In this document: one piece after another, positions 11,827 through 22,808 of the stretch
Layout of the letters: each line of letters begins with the position of its first letter
How positions within the stretch are numbered: the stretch's first letter is position 1
Source of the DNA: a virus
Lineage: Duplodnaviria; Caudoviricetes
IMG/VR virus record: IMGVR_UViG_3300031992_004562
Location: 32,001-96,000 of that record
DNA: 64,000 bases
Strand: one strand, 5' to 3'
Notes under the pieces: generated by a model
What the model was told of the DNA's origin: nothing
The model's database searches: none
The model's input: only the letters and a program-made list of their open reading frames with translations
Program-made: the position numbers and the translations under genes

Positions 11827-14166
11827 ATGAACAATATAATTAAATATGATAAAAATAATTTGCCAAAATTTCAATATTTAAAAGAAAAAAACAATCTTGA
11901 AATTATTGGCAATGTTATATCACAAAATTTATATGACAAAGTTTCAACAGTTGGTGAAATATATGCATTAGATTTTACTGGATATTTACCACCTGAAATT
12001 AAACCATTTGCAATAGATCCAGACACTGAAGAAACTTTAGACAATACAGCTTCAATAGAAGTTTTGTAGGAAATTAGCCAAATATTTTTATTGTTGACAG
12101 TTGCTGGATCTTTATAGTTGGGAATATCAACACTTATTTCTATTCTTTTGGCTAAATCATTAAATGTCAATATTAATGTTGGTGGCAAAGTATCTTTAGA
12201 AAATTTTCATGAAGCATTAAAAAAACTTCCAGCAATTAACAGATTTACTGGTCATAAAATAGATTTAATATCTTTTGATCTTGATAATAATTATATATAT
12301 GCTTTAACAGATTGCGAAAAATATGTGAATAGATTCAAAATTATAAAATACTATATAGATAAAGAAACATTAATAAGTGAAGATAAAAATCTAGAAGCGC
12401 TATAGCATATATACAATCAAAAGAATTTATATAATAAAAATATATCACATGGTGGATATGACTTTAGTGCATACTGTGCTGGTGTATTGACATCATATGC
12501 AAAAATAAATGCTAATGATAACTATATAATTAAAATTGATGGGCATTCAAATGATTATGGAACATTTAGTAATGTGAAATCTGTTGCAATTTATCCAACA
12601 TTTGATACAAGTTTGAGTGAAACAACCATAAATGATATTGAATTATCAATGGCATATAATGGAACAGTTGAAGATAATAATACATATGTATATCAAATAG
12701 ATCGATTAACTATATATCCGGAACATATTGGAATATTAAAAAAACAAGAATTTATTGATAACAACGCATATATAAGAATTGGAGATGAACAATATGTAAG
12801 TATGGCAAGTTTGCCAATTATAATGCATAATGATAAAGAATATTTTGATATTTCTGAAATATTTCCAGATTTTGATTATGTTATTTCGCATTATAGTATT
12901 AGTATGAGAATTTCATTTAGTGAATCATTAAATATATATCAAGATGGATATGATGCCGGGCAAAGCGATTAGCAGGCAGGTTACGAATATGGTAATACAC
13001 CAAATCCATATAAAAACCCTGCTATAGATAAATGGAATGAAGGATATGATATAGGATATGATATATATGATACATGGTATGAAGGAAGAGAAAATAATCC
13101 ATACAATGCTGAAGATATGCCTAATCTGCATGATGCGTGGAACGAAGGATATAGTTCAGGATTTGCTGATGAAATAAGTAAATCAGATGAACATTATTAT
13201 AATCCATATGAATCAGAAACTGAAGAATATAATGCATGGGAAGAAGGATATACATATGGAAATTAGTATACAGATATTAAAAATCCATATGATGTAAACA
13301 CATCAGAATACACATGGTGGAATGAAGGCGCTAATACAGGATTTGGTGATGCATAGCGCGTTGAGCCAAAATGGTATTCACCGAATCCATATGACAATCC
13401 TGAAGAATATAGTGAAGAATATAAAGAATGGTAGGCTGGATATGATGATGGATATAATGGTTTTGAACCACAACCTATAACACCTGGCATTCCAGATGAT
13501 ACAACATTATGGTTTCATTTTGATTAGATAGGACGTTCATTAATAAGTTATACGGATCCTGAAAATATTCATGAAGGTACATATAATTATACAATTCCTC
13601 AAGATGCAAGCACTCAATTAACAATTCAATATTTAGATTATATAACACCAAATATTGGTATAACAGCAGGATGTTTAATTAAAGGCACTAAAATAACAAT
13701 GGCTGATGGGTCTTTAAAAAATATTGAAGATATTCAAATTGGTGATTATGTTCTTGGTTCTGATGAAAAACCACATAAAGTATTTTGGAATCAACCAATG
13801 AAGCATCAGTGTGATGATCATTATACATTATATAAATTGCCAGATGGAAAAGAACTTGGTGTTATTGCAGATGAACGAATCTTCTGGAATGGTAAATTCT
13901 AGTATATTTCATGCATTTCAGAGATCACTTCAGAAAGGATTAATGGAAACTATAAACCATATGAAATTTGGGTTTCTGAAGATGATTCATTTTATGCAAA
14001 TGGTATTTTATGTGGAAAAATTTATTCTAATATAAAATGCAAACCAATTCGTTGGATAATGCAACAAATGTATAGAATATTATTTTTGCATAAAAAAGAT
14101 TATAAGATGATGAATTGTATTCATGATTTTATTGGATAGAAAATACTAAAACACAAACCTAAATAA
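11827..14166 (+). CDS. 779-aa recoded protein with NPY..W.EGY repeats and a C-terminal Hint domain
   Basis: Single frame through TAGs; G|CLIKGTKITMADGSLKNIEDIQIGDYV ... SFYANGILCG. Confidence 0.8.
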
Positions 14167-14168
14167 TT

Positions 14169-14300
14169 ATGAGACAAGGAAAAAATTTAGAAGACTTTTT
14201 AATAAGTCATAAAGATCAATTAAACGCTATAATTAGACAATATCCATTTTATAGACAATTGGAAGATGCAATTAAAAAATATTATGAAGGAGGCAAATAA
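14169..14300 (+). CDS. small hypothetical protein (43 aa)
   Basis: ATG 2 nt after the upstream stop; ends in a terminator hairpin. Confidence 0.4.
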   Translation: MRQGKNLEDFLISHKDQLNAIIRQYPFYRQLEDAIKKYYEGGK

Positions 14301-14371
14301 ACCTCCTTTTTAATTTATAAACAATTAGAAAGAGCAAATATATAATATATAACAAATAATGTGAATAGAAC

Positions 14372-16288
14372 ATGAAAGCAAAAGAAAAGACAATTGAAGA
14401 ACGATTTAAATCAATGTCAGAAAGAGATCATATTTTGAATCGACCTGGTATGTGGGTGGGTTCTATTAAATATGAAGAATCACAACAATTTATATATGAT
14501 ATTGATGAAGCAAAAATGAAAGTTGCAGATGTTGCATATATTCCAGCAATGTTAAAACTTGTTGATGAGGTTATTTCTAATTCATGTGATGAGTTTAGAC
14601 GTAAAGGAAATATGGGACTTACAAAAATTAAAGTAACTATAAATTCAAATGGATACATTACTATTAGAGATAATGGGGGTATTCCAATTGTTAAACATAA
14701 AGAAGCTGGAGTATATCTTCCTGAATTTTTATTTGGCCAGCTTCGTAGTAGTTCTAATTATGATGATACTGAAGAAAGAGACGTTGTAGGTACAAATGGC
14801 GTGGGCTCAGCGTTAACAAATGTATGGTCAAAACAATATGAAATTACTTCTGCAGATGGAAAGAAACAATATCATCGAACATGGTCTAATAATATGGAGA
14901 TGAATGATGATTTAAAAATCTCTATTACATGCGATCACTTTACAGAAACCAAGTTTTTACTTGATTATGATAGATTTGATGAAGAAGATGAATCATATAT
15001 AACTGAAGATTTTATTGCTATTATTGAAAAGAGATGTATTGATGCTGCCGCAGCTAATCCAGGATTAACAACTATATTTGAATATATTGAAAATGATAAG
15101 ACTGTAAGAAAAGCAGAATGGAATTTTAAAACATTTGAGGAATATATTGAACTTTATTCTGATTATATTGATCAGGAGAATTGTATTTCATTTAAGGATA
15201 AACAAAAACAAGTTTGGGTATATCCAGATGGTGGATTAAATATTGGTTTTGTTAATGGTGCTGAATGTTCTAAAGGAACTCATATCAAAGCTATTAGAGA
15301 TGAAATTAATAAAGCAATTGCTACACAGATTCTTCAAAAGAATAAAATAGATGTAGGACCTCGTAATGTTGATGGAAAATATACAATGTTTTGTATATAT
15401 CATGTAGCAAATCCAAGTTACGACTCTCAGTTGAAAACTTGTCTTACTACGCCCATAGAGAGATTCTCATTAGAACACGATTATAAATTTTCTATTCCAG
15501 ATAAGTTTATTAAGGATTGTTGCAAATCAGAGATTGTTAATATTGTTATTGATTGGTATAAACAAAAAGCTGAAGTTGAAGATCAAAAAACAATTAGAAA
15601 ACTTAATAAACAAGCAAAAACAAAAATTAGAAATTCAGATAAATTTATTGATGCAAATACTAAAGTTCGAAAAGATCGAGAACTTTGGTTATTTGAGGGT
15701 GCATCTGCTGCAAGTTGTTTCCGTGTAGCAAGAAATCCACAAACTCAAGCAGCTTATCTTTTAAGAGGAAAACCATTAAACACCATTTCTCTTGGCCCAA
15801 GTAAGATTATGTCAAATCAAGAGTTCAGTGATATTATTACTATATTAGGTTTGCAATGGGGAGAGAAAAATAAAGTTGATGGATTAAACTTTGGAAAAAT
15901 AGTTTTCTGTTCTGATGCTGATGAGGATGGAAGTAGTATTTGTGGATTATTGTTAACATTCTTTGGAATCCATTTCCCAGAATTATTTGATGAAGGAATG
16001 ATTTGTAGAGCAATTTCTCCAATTATTGTTGCTGAAAAGGGAAAAGATTATAAAGCTTATTATAAATTGGAAGATTATAGAAAAGAGATGAATTCTCTTA
16101 AAGGCTATAAAATTAAATATGTTAAAGGTCTTGGTACATTATCAACACCAGAATTTAAAGAAATGATGCAAAAACCAATTTATCATTATTTCACTAAAGA
16201 TGATATGTATGAATTGAGTTTAAGATCATGGTTTGGTAAAGGTAATGCATCTGAACGTAAAGCAATGTTAAAAGAAGACGTAGAATAA
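14372..16288 (+). CDS. type II DNA topoisomerase large subunit (GHKL ATPase + TOPRIM; T4 gp39/60-like)
   Basis: HILNRPGMWVGS, EVISNSCDE, DNGGIP, GTNGVGS, FEGASA, LRGKPLN, DADEDG, KGLGT. Confidence 0.95.
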   Translation: MKAKEKTIEERFKSMSERDHILNRPGMWVGSIKYEESQQFIYDIDEAKMKVADVAYIPAMLKLVDEVISNSCDEFRRKGNMGLTKIKVTINSNGYITIRDNGGIPIVKHKEAGVYLPEFLFGQLRSSSNYDDTEERDVVGTNGVGSALTNVWSKQYEITSADGKKQYHRTWSNNMEMNDDLKISITCDHFTETKFLLDYDRFDEEDESYITEDFIAIIEKRCIDAAAANPGLTTIFEYIENDKTVRKAEWNFKTFEEYIELYSDYIDQENCISFKDKQKQVWVYPDGGLNIGFVNGAECSKGTHIKAIRDEINKAIATQILQKNKIDVGPRNVDGKYTMFCIYHVANPSYDSQLKTCLTTPIERFSLEHDYKFSIPDKFIKDCCKSEIVNIVIDWYKQKAEVEDQKTIRKLNKQAKTKIRNSDKFIDANTKVRKDRELWLFEGASAASCFRVARNPQTQAAYLLRGKPLNTISLGPSKIMSNQEFSDIITILGLQWGEKNKVDGLNFGKIVFCSDADEDGSSICGLLLTFFGIHFPELFDEGMICRAISPIIVAEKGKDYKAYYKLEDYRKEMNSLKGYKIKYVKGLGTLSTPEFKEMMQKPIYHYFTKDDMYELSLRSWFGKGNASERKAMLKEDVE

Positions 16289-16289
16289 T

Positions 16290-17402
16290 ATGAAATGCTA
16301 TGATTTTTTAATAGTTGGTGCTGGTTTATTTGGTGCAACATTTGCATATAAAGCTAAACAAGCTGGAAAGAAATGTTTAGTTATTGATAAGCGTAAACAT
16401 CTTGGTGGAAATACTTATTGTGAAAATATTTACGGAATTAATGTTCATAAATATGGTGCACATATATTTCATACATCAAATAAGGAAATTTGGGACTTTG
16501 TAAATTCACTAGTCCCATTTAACAATTATATTAATTCACCTCTAGCCAACTATAAAGGCGATATATATAATTTACCATTTAATATGAATACATTTCACCA
16601 GATGTGGAATATTAATACACCAAATGAGGCTGAGAATATAATTAATGAACAAAGAAAAAAATTAAATGGAAAAGAACCTGAAAATTTAGAAGAACAAGCT
16701 ATATCTTTAGTTGGTAGAGATATTTATGATATATTAATTAAAGGTTATACAGAAAAGCAATGGGGAAGAAAATGTTCTACACTTCCAGCATCTATAATTA
16801 AACGGCTTCCATTAAGATTCACATATAATAATAATTATTTTAATGATACATATCAAGGAATTCCAATTGGTGGATATAATAAGTTAATTGAAAAATTATT
16901 GGAAGGTGTAGATGTTAAATTAGATTGTAATTTCTTTGATCATAAAACTGGTGCACTTGCAGATAAAATAATTTATACTGGTCCAATAGATGAATTTTAT
17001 GATTATCAATTTGGACATCTTGAATATAGAACAGTAACATTTACTCATGAAGTTATTTTAGACTATAATTATCAAGGAAATGCTGTTATTAATTATACAG
17101 ATAAAAAGACTCCATATACAAGAATAATAGAACATAAGCATTTTGAAACATTTGGAGGCAGTGTTTATGATAATCCAGTAACTGTTATTTCAAAAGAATA
17201 TAGTTTGGAATGGAAACCTGGTATGGAACCATATTATCCAATTAATGACAATAAGAATAATCGAAAATATAATTTATATAAAGAACTTGCTGATAACGAA
17301 CCAGATGTGTTCTTTGGTGGAAGATTGGCAGAATACAAATATTATGATATGGCACCAACTATAGAAAGTGCAATAAAATTGGCAGAAAAAATAATTAAAT
17401 AA
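16290..17402 (+). CDS. glf: UDP-galactopyranose mutase
   Basis: IVGAGLFG, HKYGAHIFHT, GYTEKQWG, YTRIIEHKHF, EPYYP, GRLAEYKYYDM. Confidence 0.95.
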   Translation: MKCYDFLIVGAGLFGATFAYKAKQAGKKCLVIDKRKHLGGNTYCENIYGINVHKYGAHIFHTSNKEIWDFVNSLVPFNNYINSPLANYKGDIYNLPFNMNTFHQMWNINTPNEAENIINEQRKKLNGKEPENLEEQAISLVGRDIYDILIKGYTEKQWGRKCSTLPASIIKRLPLRFTYNNNYFNDTYQGIPIGGYNKLIEKLLEGVDVKLDCNFFDHKTGALADKIIYTGPIDEFYDYQFGHLEYRTVTFTHEVILDYNYQGNAVINYTDKKTPYTRIIEHKHFETFGGSVYDNPVTVISKEYSLEWKPGMEPYYPINDNKNNRKYNLYKELADNEPDVFFGGRLAEYKYYDMAPTIESAIKLAEKIIK

Positions 17403-17407
17403 AATAT

Positions 17408-18163
17408 ATGGAACAAAAATTTTTATATTCAATATTAACAGTTAACACAAATCATTATGAAAAAATACATGAGGTTCAAAATCCAAATCCTAATGTAGAG
17501 TATGTATGTGTAACAGATGATGAAACATTAACATCTAAAACATGGAAACTTATTTATAAAAAAGATATTTGGTTTCTTGATGTAAAGCATAATGTATTTG
17601 ATTATGTTTCTACAGATGTTTGCTTATGGCTTGATGGAAGTTATCAAATAACTGATGACCCAACAGAAGAATTTGTTATGCCATTTATAAAATCAGATAA
17701 AGAAATGATGATATCATTGCATAATTGGCGAACAAATGTCTTTGATGAATTATGCCAATGGTGGATTGGCAGAAATGTTCAAACAAAAAATGTAAAAGCC
17801 CTATGTTCTATATTATGTAAAAATGATATGTCAGGAAAGGATATTTTATTCCAAACATCATGTTATTTAGTAAAGAAAACTGAAAGTGTTATAAAATTAT
17901 ATAATACTATTAGAGAAGTAGAAAAGGTATGTAGTATTGATGGACCATATAGAGATGACCAAGTTATTACATCAATGTGTATTGCAAAATTATTCCCAAA
18001 TTGGAATAAATTAGTATTAATGGATTTTGGACATATTTCAAATAACAAATATTTCCATATGTGTGCGCATGGTAGTGACCAAGCATATCGTTTTACAGCA
18101 CTTAAAAACAGATGTTGGGATAAAGAACAACACTTATATAAAATTGGGCAGCCTTTTGATTAA
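17408..18163 (+). CDS. putative glycosyltransferase (DUF616-like GT-A fold)
   Basis: YVCVTDD, CLWLDGS, H..R..VFDE, RDDQV; directly downstream of glf. Confidence 0.65.
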   Translation: MEQKFLYSILTVNTNHYEKIHEVQNPNPNVEYVCVTDDETLTSKTWKLIYKKDIWFLDVKHNVFDYVSTDVCLWLDGSYQITDDPTEEFVMPFIKSDKEMMISLHNWRTNVFDELCQWWIGRNVQTKNVKALCSILCKNDMSGKDILFQTSCYLVKKTESVIKLYNTIREVEKVCSIDGPYRDDQVITSMCIAKLFPNWNKLVLMDFGHISNNKYFHMCAHGSDQAYRFTALKNRCWDKEQHLYKIGQPFD

Positions 18164-18326
18164 TCATGTTTTGGAAATTGTTATGTTAGGTGCATTTATA
18201 TTTTTAGTTTTAGGAATTGCTTTTATATATTGGATTGCGTATAAAAATGGAGACATTTAAAATAAGTCTCCATTTTATTTTGTAAACATTTATGTAAATA
18301 TGAATATAATCTTTAAAAATTAAATT

Positions 18327-18899
18327 ATGATAATTATGGGAGAACCAAAAAAGCCATATACATTAAAAATATCTAAATTATATTTAGAAAGATGGGGTGG
18401 TTGGTATTTTCAAAAATATTTAAATGAAATTCAACAAACCATTGATAAAATTTATGTTTCAAAAGATGATGGAAATGTCGATAAAGTATTAAAAATTGAT
18501 TTAATTAATACTGATAATGATGATTTAACACAGGAAGATATCGATAATAGAAAAGAAAAAGGGCTTATTACTGGAAATGTAAAAACCCATGAATTTCGCT
18601 ATCTAAATAGTTTTTCATTTCATAGATTGGAATTAGATAACAATGATTGTTTAATTTTTTATGAAAAAGCATTTGATGAAAATCAAATCATAAAAGAAAA
18701 ATATATAGAAAATGAAAATAAACTAGTTAATTATTTATGGGGAAGTAATGTATATGTAATTTCAACTAATGATATTAAAGAACTTATGAAAGATCCTAAA
18801 AACAATATTAATGATAGAGGATCAAATGGTGAATTTTTTGGTATTCCATTAAGTTGTGTAAAAGAACATTCACATGCATATAAATTTGGAGAAAAATAA
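18327..18899 (+). CDS. hypothetical protein, possible PD-(D/E)XK nuclease fold
   Basis: KIDLI..NVKT pattern; own promoter motif at 18284. Confidence 0.55.
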   Translation: MIIMGEPKKPYTLKISKLYLERWGGWYFQKYLNEIQQTIDKIYVSKDDGNVDKVLKIDLINTDNDDLTQEDIDNRKEKGLITGNVKTHEFRYLNSFSFHRLELDNNDCLIFYEKAFDENQIIKEKYIENENKLVNYLWGSNVYVISTNDIKELMKDPKNNINDRGSNGEFFGIPLSCVKEHSHAYKFGEK

Positions 18900-18911
18900 A
18901 AATGAAAATAT

Positions 18912-19397
18912 ATGAGCGAAAATATTTATTTTTCAAAATCAATTAAACTTTTAGATATTAAAAAGAAATGTAAACAACTAAAAGTTGGAAAGCAAGAAAA
19001 TTTATATGGAGATTCTGACATTCCAACATATTCTATAACGCATAAAGAATTTCCAAACGAGAAGGTTTATGTTATTTTTAATAGGTATAAAGATAAATCA
19101 TTAGATGCAAAATTAGGTGAAAATTGTGATGATAAAGAATTTTGTGAAGTAGAAAGATTTTATGAAAATGGTGATTATCATATTTTATTAATTTTAGCTG
19201 GAACATTTGACATTGAATATATTACTGAAATTGATGAATGGAGTGAAGGAAATTTTGATAGATTTGTTTTACAGCCACATGTTAATAATGAATTTGCACC
19301 TATATTTGAAAAAGTTAATTTTCATACATTTTTTAAAGAAAAAGATGAGATTCCATATGAAGGAAGTCCAAAACCTGTAGAAAATTTATTTGAATAA
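18912..19397 (+). CDS. hypothetical protein
   Basis: ORF in operon. Confidence 0.6.
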   Translation: MSENIYFSKSIKLLDIKKKCKQLKVGKQENLYGDSDIPTYSITHKEFPNEKVYVIFNRYKDKSLDAKLGENCDDKEFCEVERFYENGDYHILLILAGTFDIEYITEIDEWSEGNFDRFVLQPHVNNEFAPIFEKVNFHTFFKEKDEIPYEGSPKPVENLFE

Positions 19398-19399
19398 TT

Positions 19400-19624
19400 A
19401 TGGATAAATCTGAATTAAGAGCGCAAGCTGCTATATCTATATTAAATAGTTTATTGGAAACAACATCTCATTCAGTAATTGAATGTATAGCCATTAAAGA
19501 AATATATGCAAAGATTGCAGTTATGTATGCAGATGAATTAATAAAAGCTTTAGATACACCAGAAATTAATATAAAAGATGTAGAAAAAAGGCTAAAAGAA
19601 ATAATTAAAAATAAAGGAGTTTAA
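19400..19624 (+). CDS. small phage protein (RAQAAI..AVMYADELIKAL)
   Basis: motif common in Bacteroidetes phage small proteins. Confidence 0.6.
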   Translation: MDKSELRAQAAISILNSLLETTSHSVIECIAIKEIYAKIAVMYADELIKALDTPEINIKDVEKRLKEIIKNKGV

Positions 19625-19695
19625 TGAAAATTAAACTTCTATTTTTTCGTATAAATAAAAAGGATTAATTTTACACAAATTAAAATTATAAAATT

Positions 19696-21225
19696 ATGGA
19701 AAGCAGTTTAAAAAATTTGATTAATTATCTTCAAGACAATGTTATTGATCTTAATGATGATAATGAAATATCTGAAACATTAGTTAAATACATTGAAAAT
19801 GATAAAAATTATTGTGAGAAAATTAAAAATATAATTAATTCTCATAAGGATGATGATTGGGAAGGCGCAGAATTTGTTGATGAGTTTAATGATGATTTTG
19901 GAATAGAGCTTCCAAATTATGATGTATTGGATGCAATGGAGACAAATGAAATTCCAAATGAATTTGCAATTAATATTATTTCACCAGACGAGTGTTTTAA
20001 AACATTAAATGTTACATTAAAAGATAATAATGGAGTATTGGAAATTGAAGATAAAACTCCTGGTTCTCAAATTAACATAAAAAATAATCAAGACAATGAT
20101 ACACGTTTGGCTGATTATTATTATGACCTTGGTGTAAAGACTGGTCAAAAAATGTATTTTGAAATGGCCAAACGTTTAAAAGACCAAGCAAATATGCAAG
20201 CATTAAATGACATTCTTAAAAGAGCTGAAAATACGCCTGATGACGAAGATGATGAAGATGAAGATATTGATACAAGTGATATTGATGAAGACAATAAATT
20301 TGTAATGGAAGTTATTACTAAAGATTATATTTGTAATGAAGAAGGATATTGGGGTAAAGATGATTGGGATGATTTAGTAAATGATGGTAATATCTTATGT
20401 TATATTTATGATGCTAATGAAGAACCAATTACAGATTTTTCACCTGATTGGTTATATAAGATATTAGGAAAATATGAGAATATTCCTGGAGGATATTGCT
20501 TAGAAGATATGGAAAGCACATTTATAGTATCAAAAGAAACATATGATGCATTGGCAAAAGACCCTCATTGCGATAGTGCAGATGATTATACAGAATGTGG
20601 ATATAATTATAATGAAGATAATGAAGATGATGAAAATTCAGATTTAAGTGATATTGTTTTCAAAGGATGGAATCTTCACATGCCAATAAAACACGGTGGC
20701 AGAAAAGCACCAAAAGGTGGTAAAGAACATCTTGAATTTCTTAGGTATGATAGAAATTGTAATTTTTATAATTTCCTTTTAAGCGATGAAACTGATGATT
20801 TTGATGGGCATGGAAAACATGTTAATCTAACAACAATGAATAAATGGGCATTAAAAGATATAGATGAGAAAATAAATTGGAGTGCTGAAAATGCTGAGAT
20901 TATTCAATTTGGAACAACTAAATCTGGTATTGATTATGTTGCTGGTTGGGTTTGCATGGATTATGGATTGCCAATGGTAATATTCTTATATTGGGATGGT
21001 AAACATATTAGAGCATTTGTTCCATATCGTGGAAACTGTGTCGATACTGTAAGCAAATGTATGATTAATGAAGATTATGATAATAGTGCATACTTCAAAA
21101 AATATTATAATATTGATATGGGCCCTGATTTCATTTATGATTTGGGAGAAATGCTAGGGTCCGGTGATCAATTTAATTTTAAAGATTGCTTAGAAGAATT
21201 CGAAGCTCGTTTGGAAGCAATTTAA
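19696..21225 (+). CDS. highly acidic 509-aa hypothetical protein
   Basis: long ORF with D/E-rich linkers; C-terminal D..P..IFLYWDGKHIRAFVPYRGN domain; terminator at 21231. Confidence 0.8.
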   Translation: MESSLKNLINYLQDNVIDLNDDNEISETLVKYIENDKNYCEKIKNIINSHKDDDWEGAEFVDEFNDDFGIELPNYDVLDAMETNEIPNEFAINIISPDECFKTLNVTLKDNNGVLEIEDKTPGSQINIKNNQDNDTRLADYYYDLGVKTGQKMYFEMAKRLKDQANMQALNDILKRAENTPDDEDDEDEDIDTSDIDEDNKFVMEVITKDYICNEEGYWGKDDWDDLVNDGNILCYIYDANEEPITDFSPDWLYKILGKYENIPGGYCLEDMESTFIVSKETYDALAKDPHCDSADDYTECGYNYNEDNEDDENSDLSDIVFKGWNLHMPIKHGGRKAPKGGKEHLEFLRYDRNCNFYNFLLSDETDDFDGHGKHVNLTTMNKWALKDIDEKINWSAENAEIIQFGTTKSGIDYVAGWVCMDYGLPMVIFLYWDGKHIRAFVPYRGNCVDTVSKCMINEDYDNSAYFKKYYNIDMGPDFIYDLGEMLGSGDQFNFKDCLEEFEARLEAI

Positions 21226-21290
21226 ATTTAAAAAGAGGATATTTAAATCCTCTTTTTTAATAAATAATAAAATAAAGCTTTATTTAAAAT

Positions 21291-21860
21291 ATGAATAATA
21301 AACATTTATACAATAAAATTATAAATGCTATAAATGAAAGTGTCTAGAATGCATTAAATGAATATAACAAATATGAAAATTCTGATCATCATCGTGGTGG
21401 CAATATTCATGATTTAAAATTTCTTGCATAGGTACTAACTAATAAATATGGTTATAAAGCATATCCTGTATCATCTACACTTGGAAAACCATATTAGTTA
21501 ATTTTAAGAAGAGAAAGTGGAGTAAGAAAAAATGTTTATGTTCAACAACGAAAAAAGGGAACAACTTCAGGAAATATTGCATTAAGACTTAAAAAATATG
21601 GTGAAACATTATCATTATTAGACAATCCAGAAATTAATGAAATTTGTTTGATATGCCCGCCTGTAATGAATTATGATCCAAGAGGTGAAGTAGTTGATAA
21701 TACTAAAGCTTGTTTTTTTGAAAAAGATTATTTAAAAGATAAAGTTGAACATGGGGAAATTCCAATAACAAAAACACGAGATGGTGAAATGTTAATGCTT
21801 TCAGAAAAATGGATAAAAGAAAATGCAAAACAAATTATTTCATATAAATATATACGATAA
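21291..21860 (+). CDS. tag-B-like leader protein (recoded), possible nuclease-like fold
   Basis: MNNKHLYNKIINAINESV(Q)NALNE; three TAGs join it to ORF 21648..21860. Confidence 0.7.
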
Positions 21861-21882
21861 AGAGAGTTTAAAAACTCTCTTT
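21859..21882. terminator. bidirectional terminator hairpin
   Basis: aaagagagtttaaaaactctcttt between convergent genes. Confidence 0.75.
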
Positions 21883-21888
21883 TTATTT

Positions 21889-22740
21889 TTATAAATTTAT
21901 TACTGGACGAACGCTAAAACCAATATAACGATTGTTAGTGAATACACGGATATTGTCTGAATAGAAATGCAAGTACCAAGCGTAATTGGGAACGCCTAAA
22001 TAAAGACTTGAAGACCACAAGTTACAGCCAGAACCAATGCCGTAGATATCAGAATCATTATGATAACCAGCTGCAGGAATAAACAATTGATTTCCATTCT
22101 TTCCTTTAAATATCCTGCCATTTAATCCTTGAATTCCTCCATCAACTTTTAGATTATGCTTTATTTTATTAGGATTATAATTATTAACCCAATAACTATG
22201 AGTATAATTTATTAATTCTATATACTGTTCTTCAGTTGGAATATGAAATTTAAAATTATGTAATTTTTTATTCTAGTAAGCAGCATCATCTTCAGGCAGT
22301 AATTCTGTTAAATTATCAGTAAATCCCCAAGTTTTTGTTATTTGATTATATCCCTTTTGAGGATTATTACAATATTTTGTTAAACAATCTTTTTCAGATA
22401 AATCTGTATAGTGTTCTGCATATTTATATGTAGACCAACTGAATTCTGGTTTATTTGGTTTCAATTCGCCCCATGCATAATATCCACCATACCAATCTTC
22501 GGCTTTAGACAACTAATTCTAATTAACTCCTAAATTATATTTGCACCATAAAGTGCCTGAAGGCAAACCTAAATCAACAACTTCTTTTATTAAATCATAT
22601 TTCTATTTAATAACATCTTCTGCATTAATGACATCATTATGTTGAGATAATGAACTAATTGGTTCATTATCTTCAAAATCATCAAGTGCAAGTTTAATGC
22701 CTCTATTTACAGCTTCTAATATCTGTTTATAATTTTTCAT
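21889..22740 (-). CDS. tag-A leader plus DUF1566/Fib_succ-like CLec-fold protein; candidate DGR target (recoded, 4 TAG)
   Basis: MKNYKQILEAVNRGIKLALDDFED; VDLGLPSGTLWC, YYAWGE, EDDAAY, FIPAAG, LWSSS, GFSVRPV. Confidence 0.85.
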
Positions 22741-22808
22741 AATTCAATATATTTATTAAACAAAATAACAATTTATTCATATAATTTAAAAATAATAGAG
22801 TGCTTTAA

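Noticed and set aside
13672-14019. Canonical self-splicing intein
   Set aside because: No terminal His-Asn, no homing endonuclease, and not inserted in a conserved host enzyme.
1-18163. Bacterial chromosomal origin (glf, secreted proteins, topoisomerase)
   Set aside because: Baseplate genes, T4-type topoisomerase and RNase H, recoding and dense small ORFs indicate a phage.
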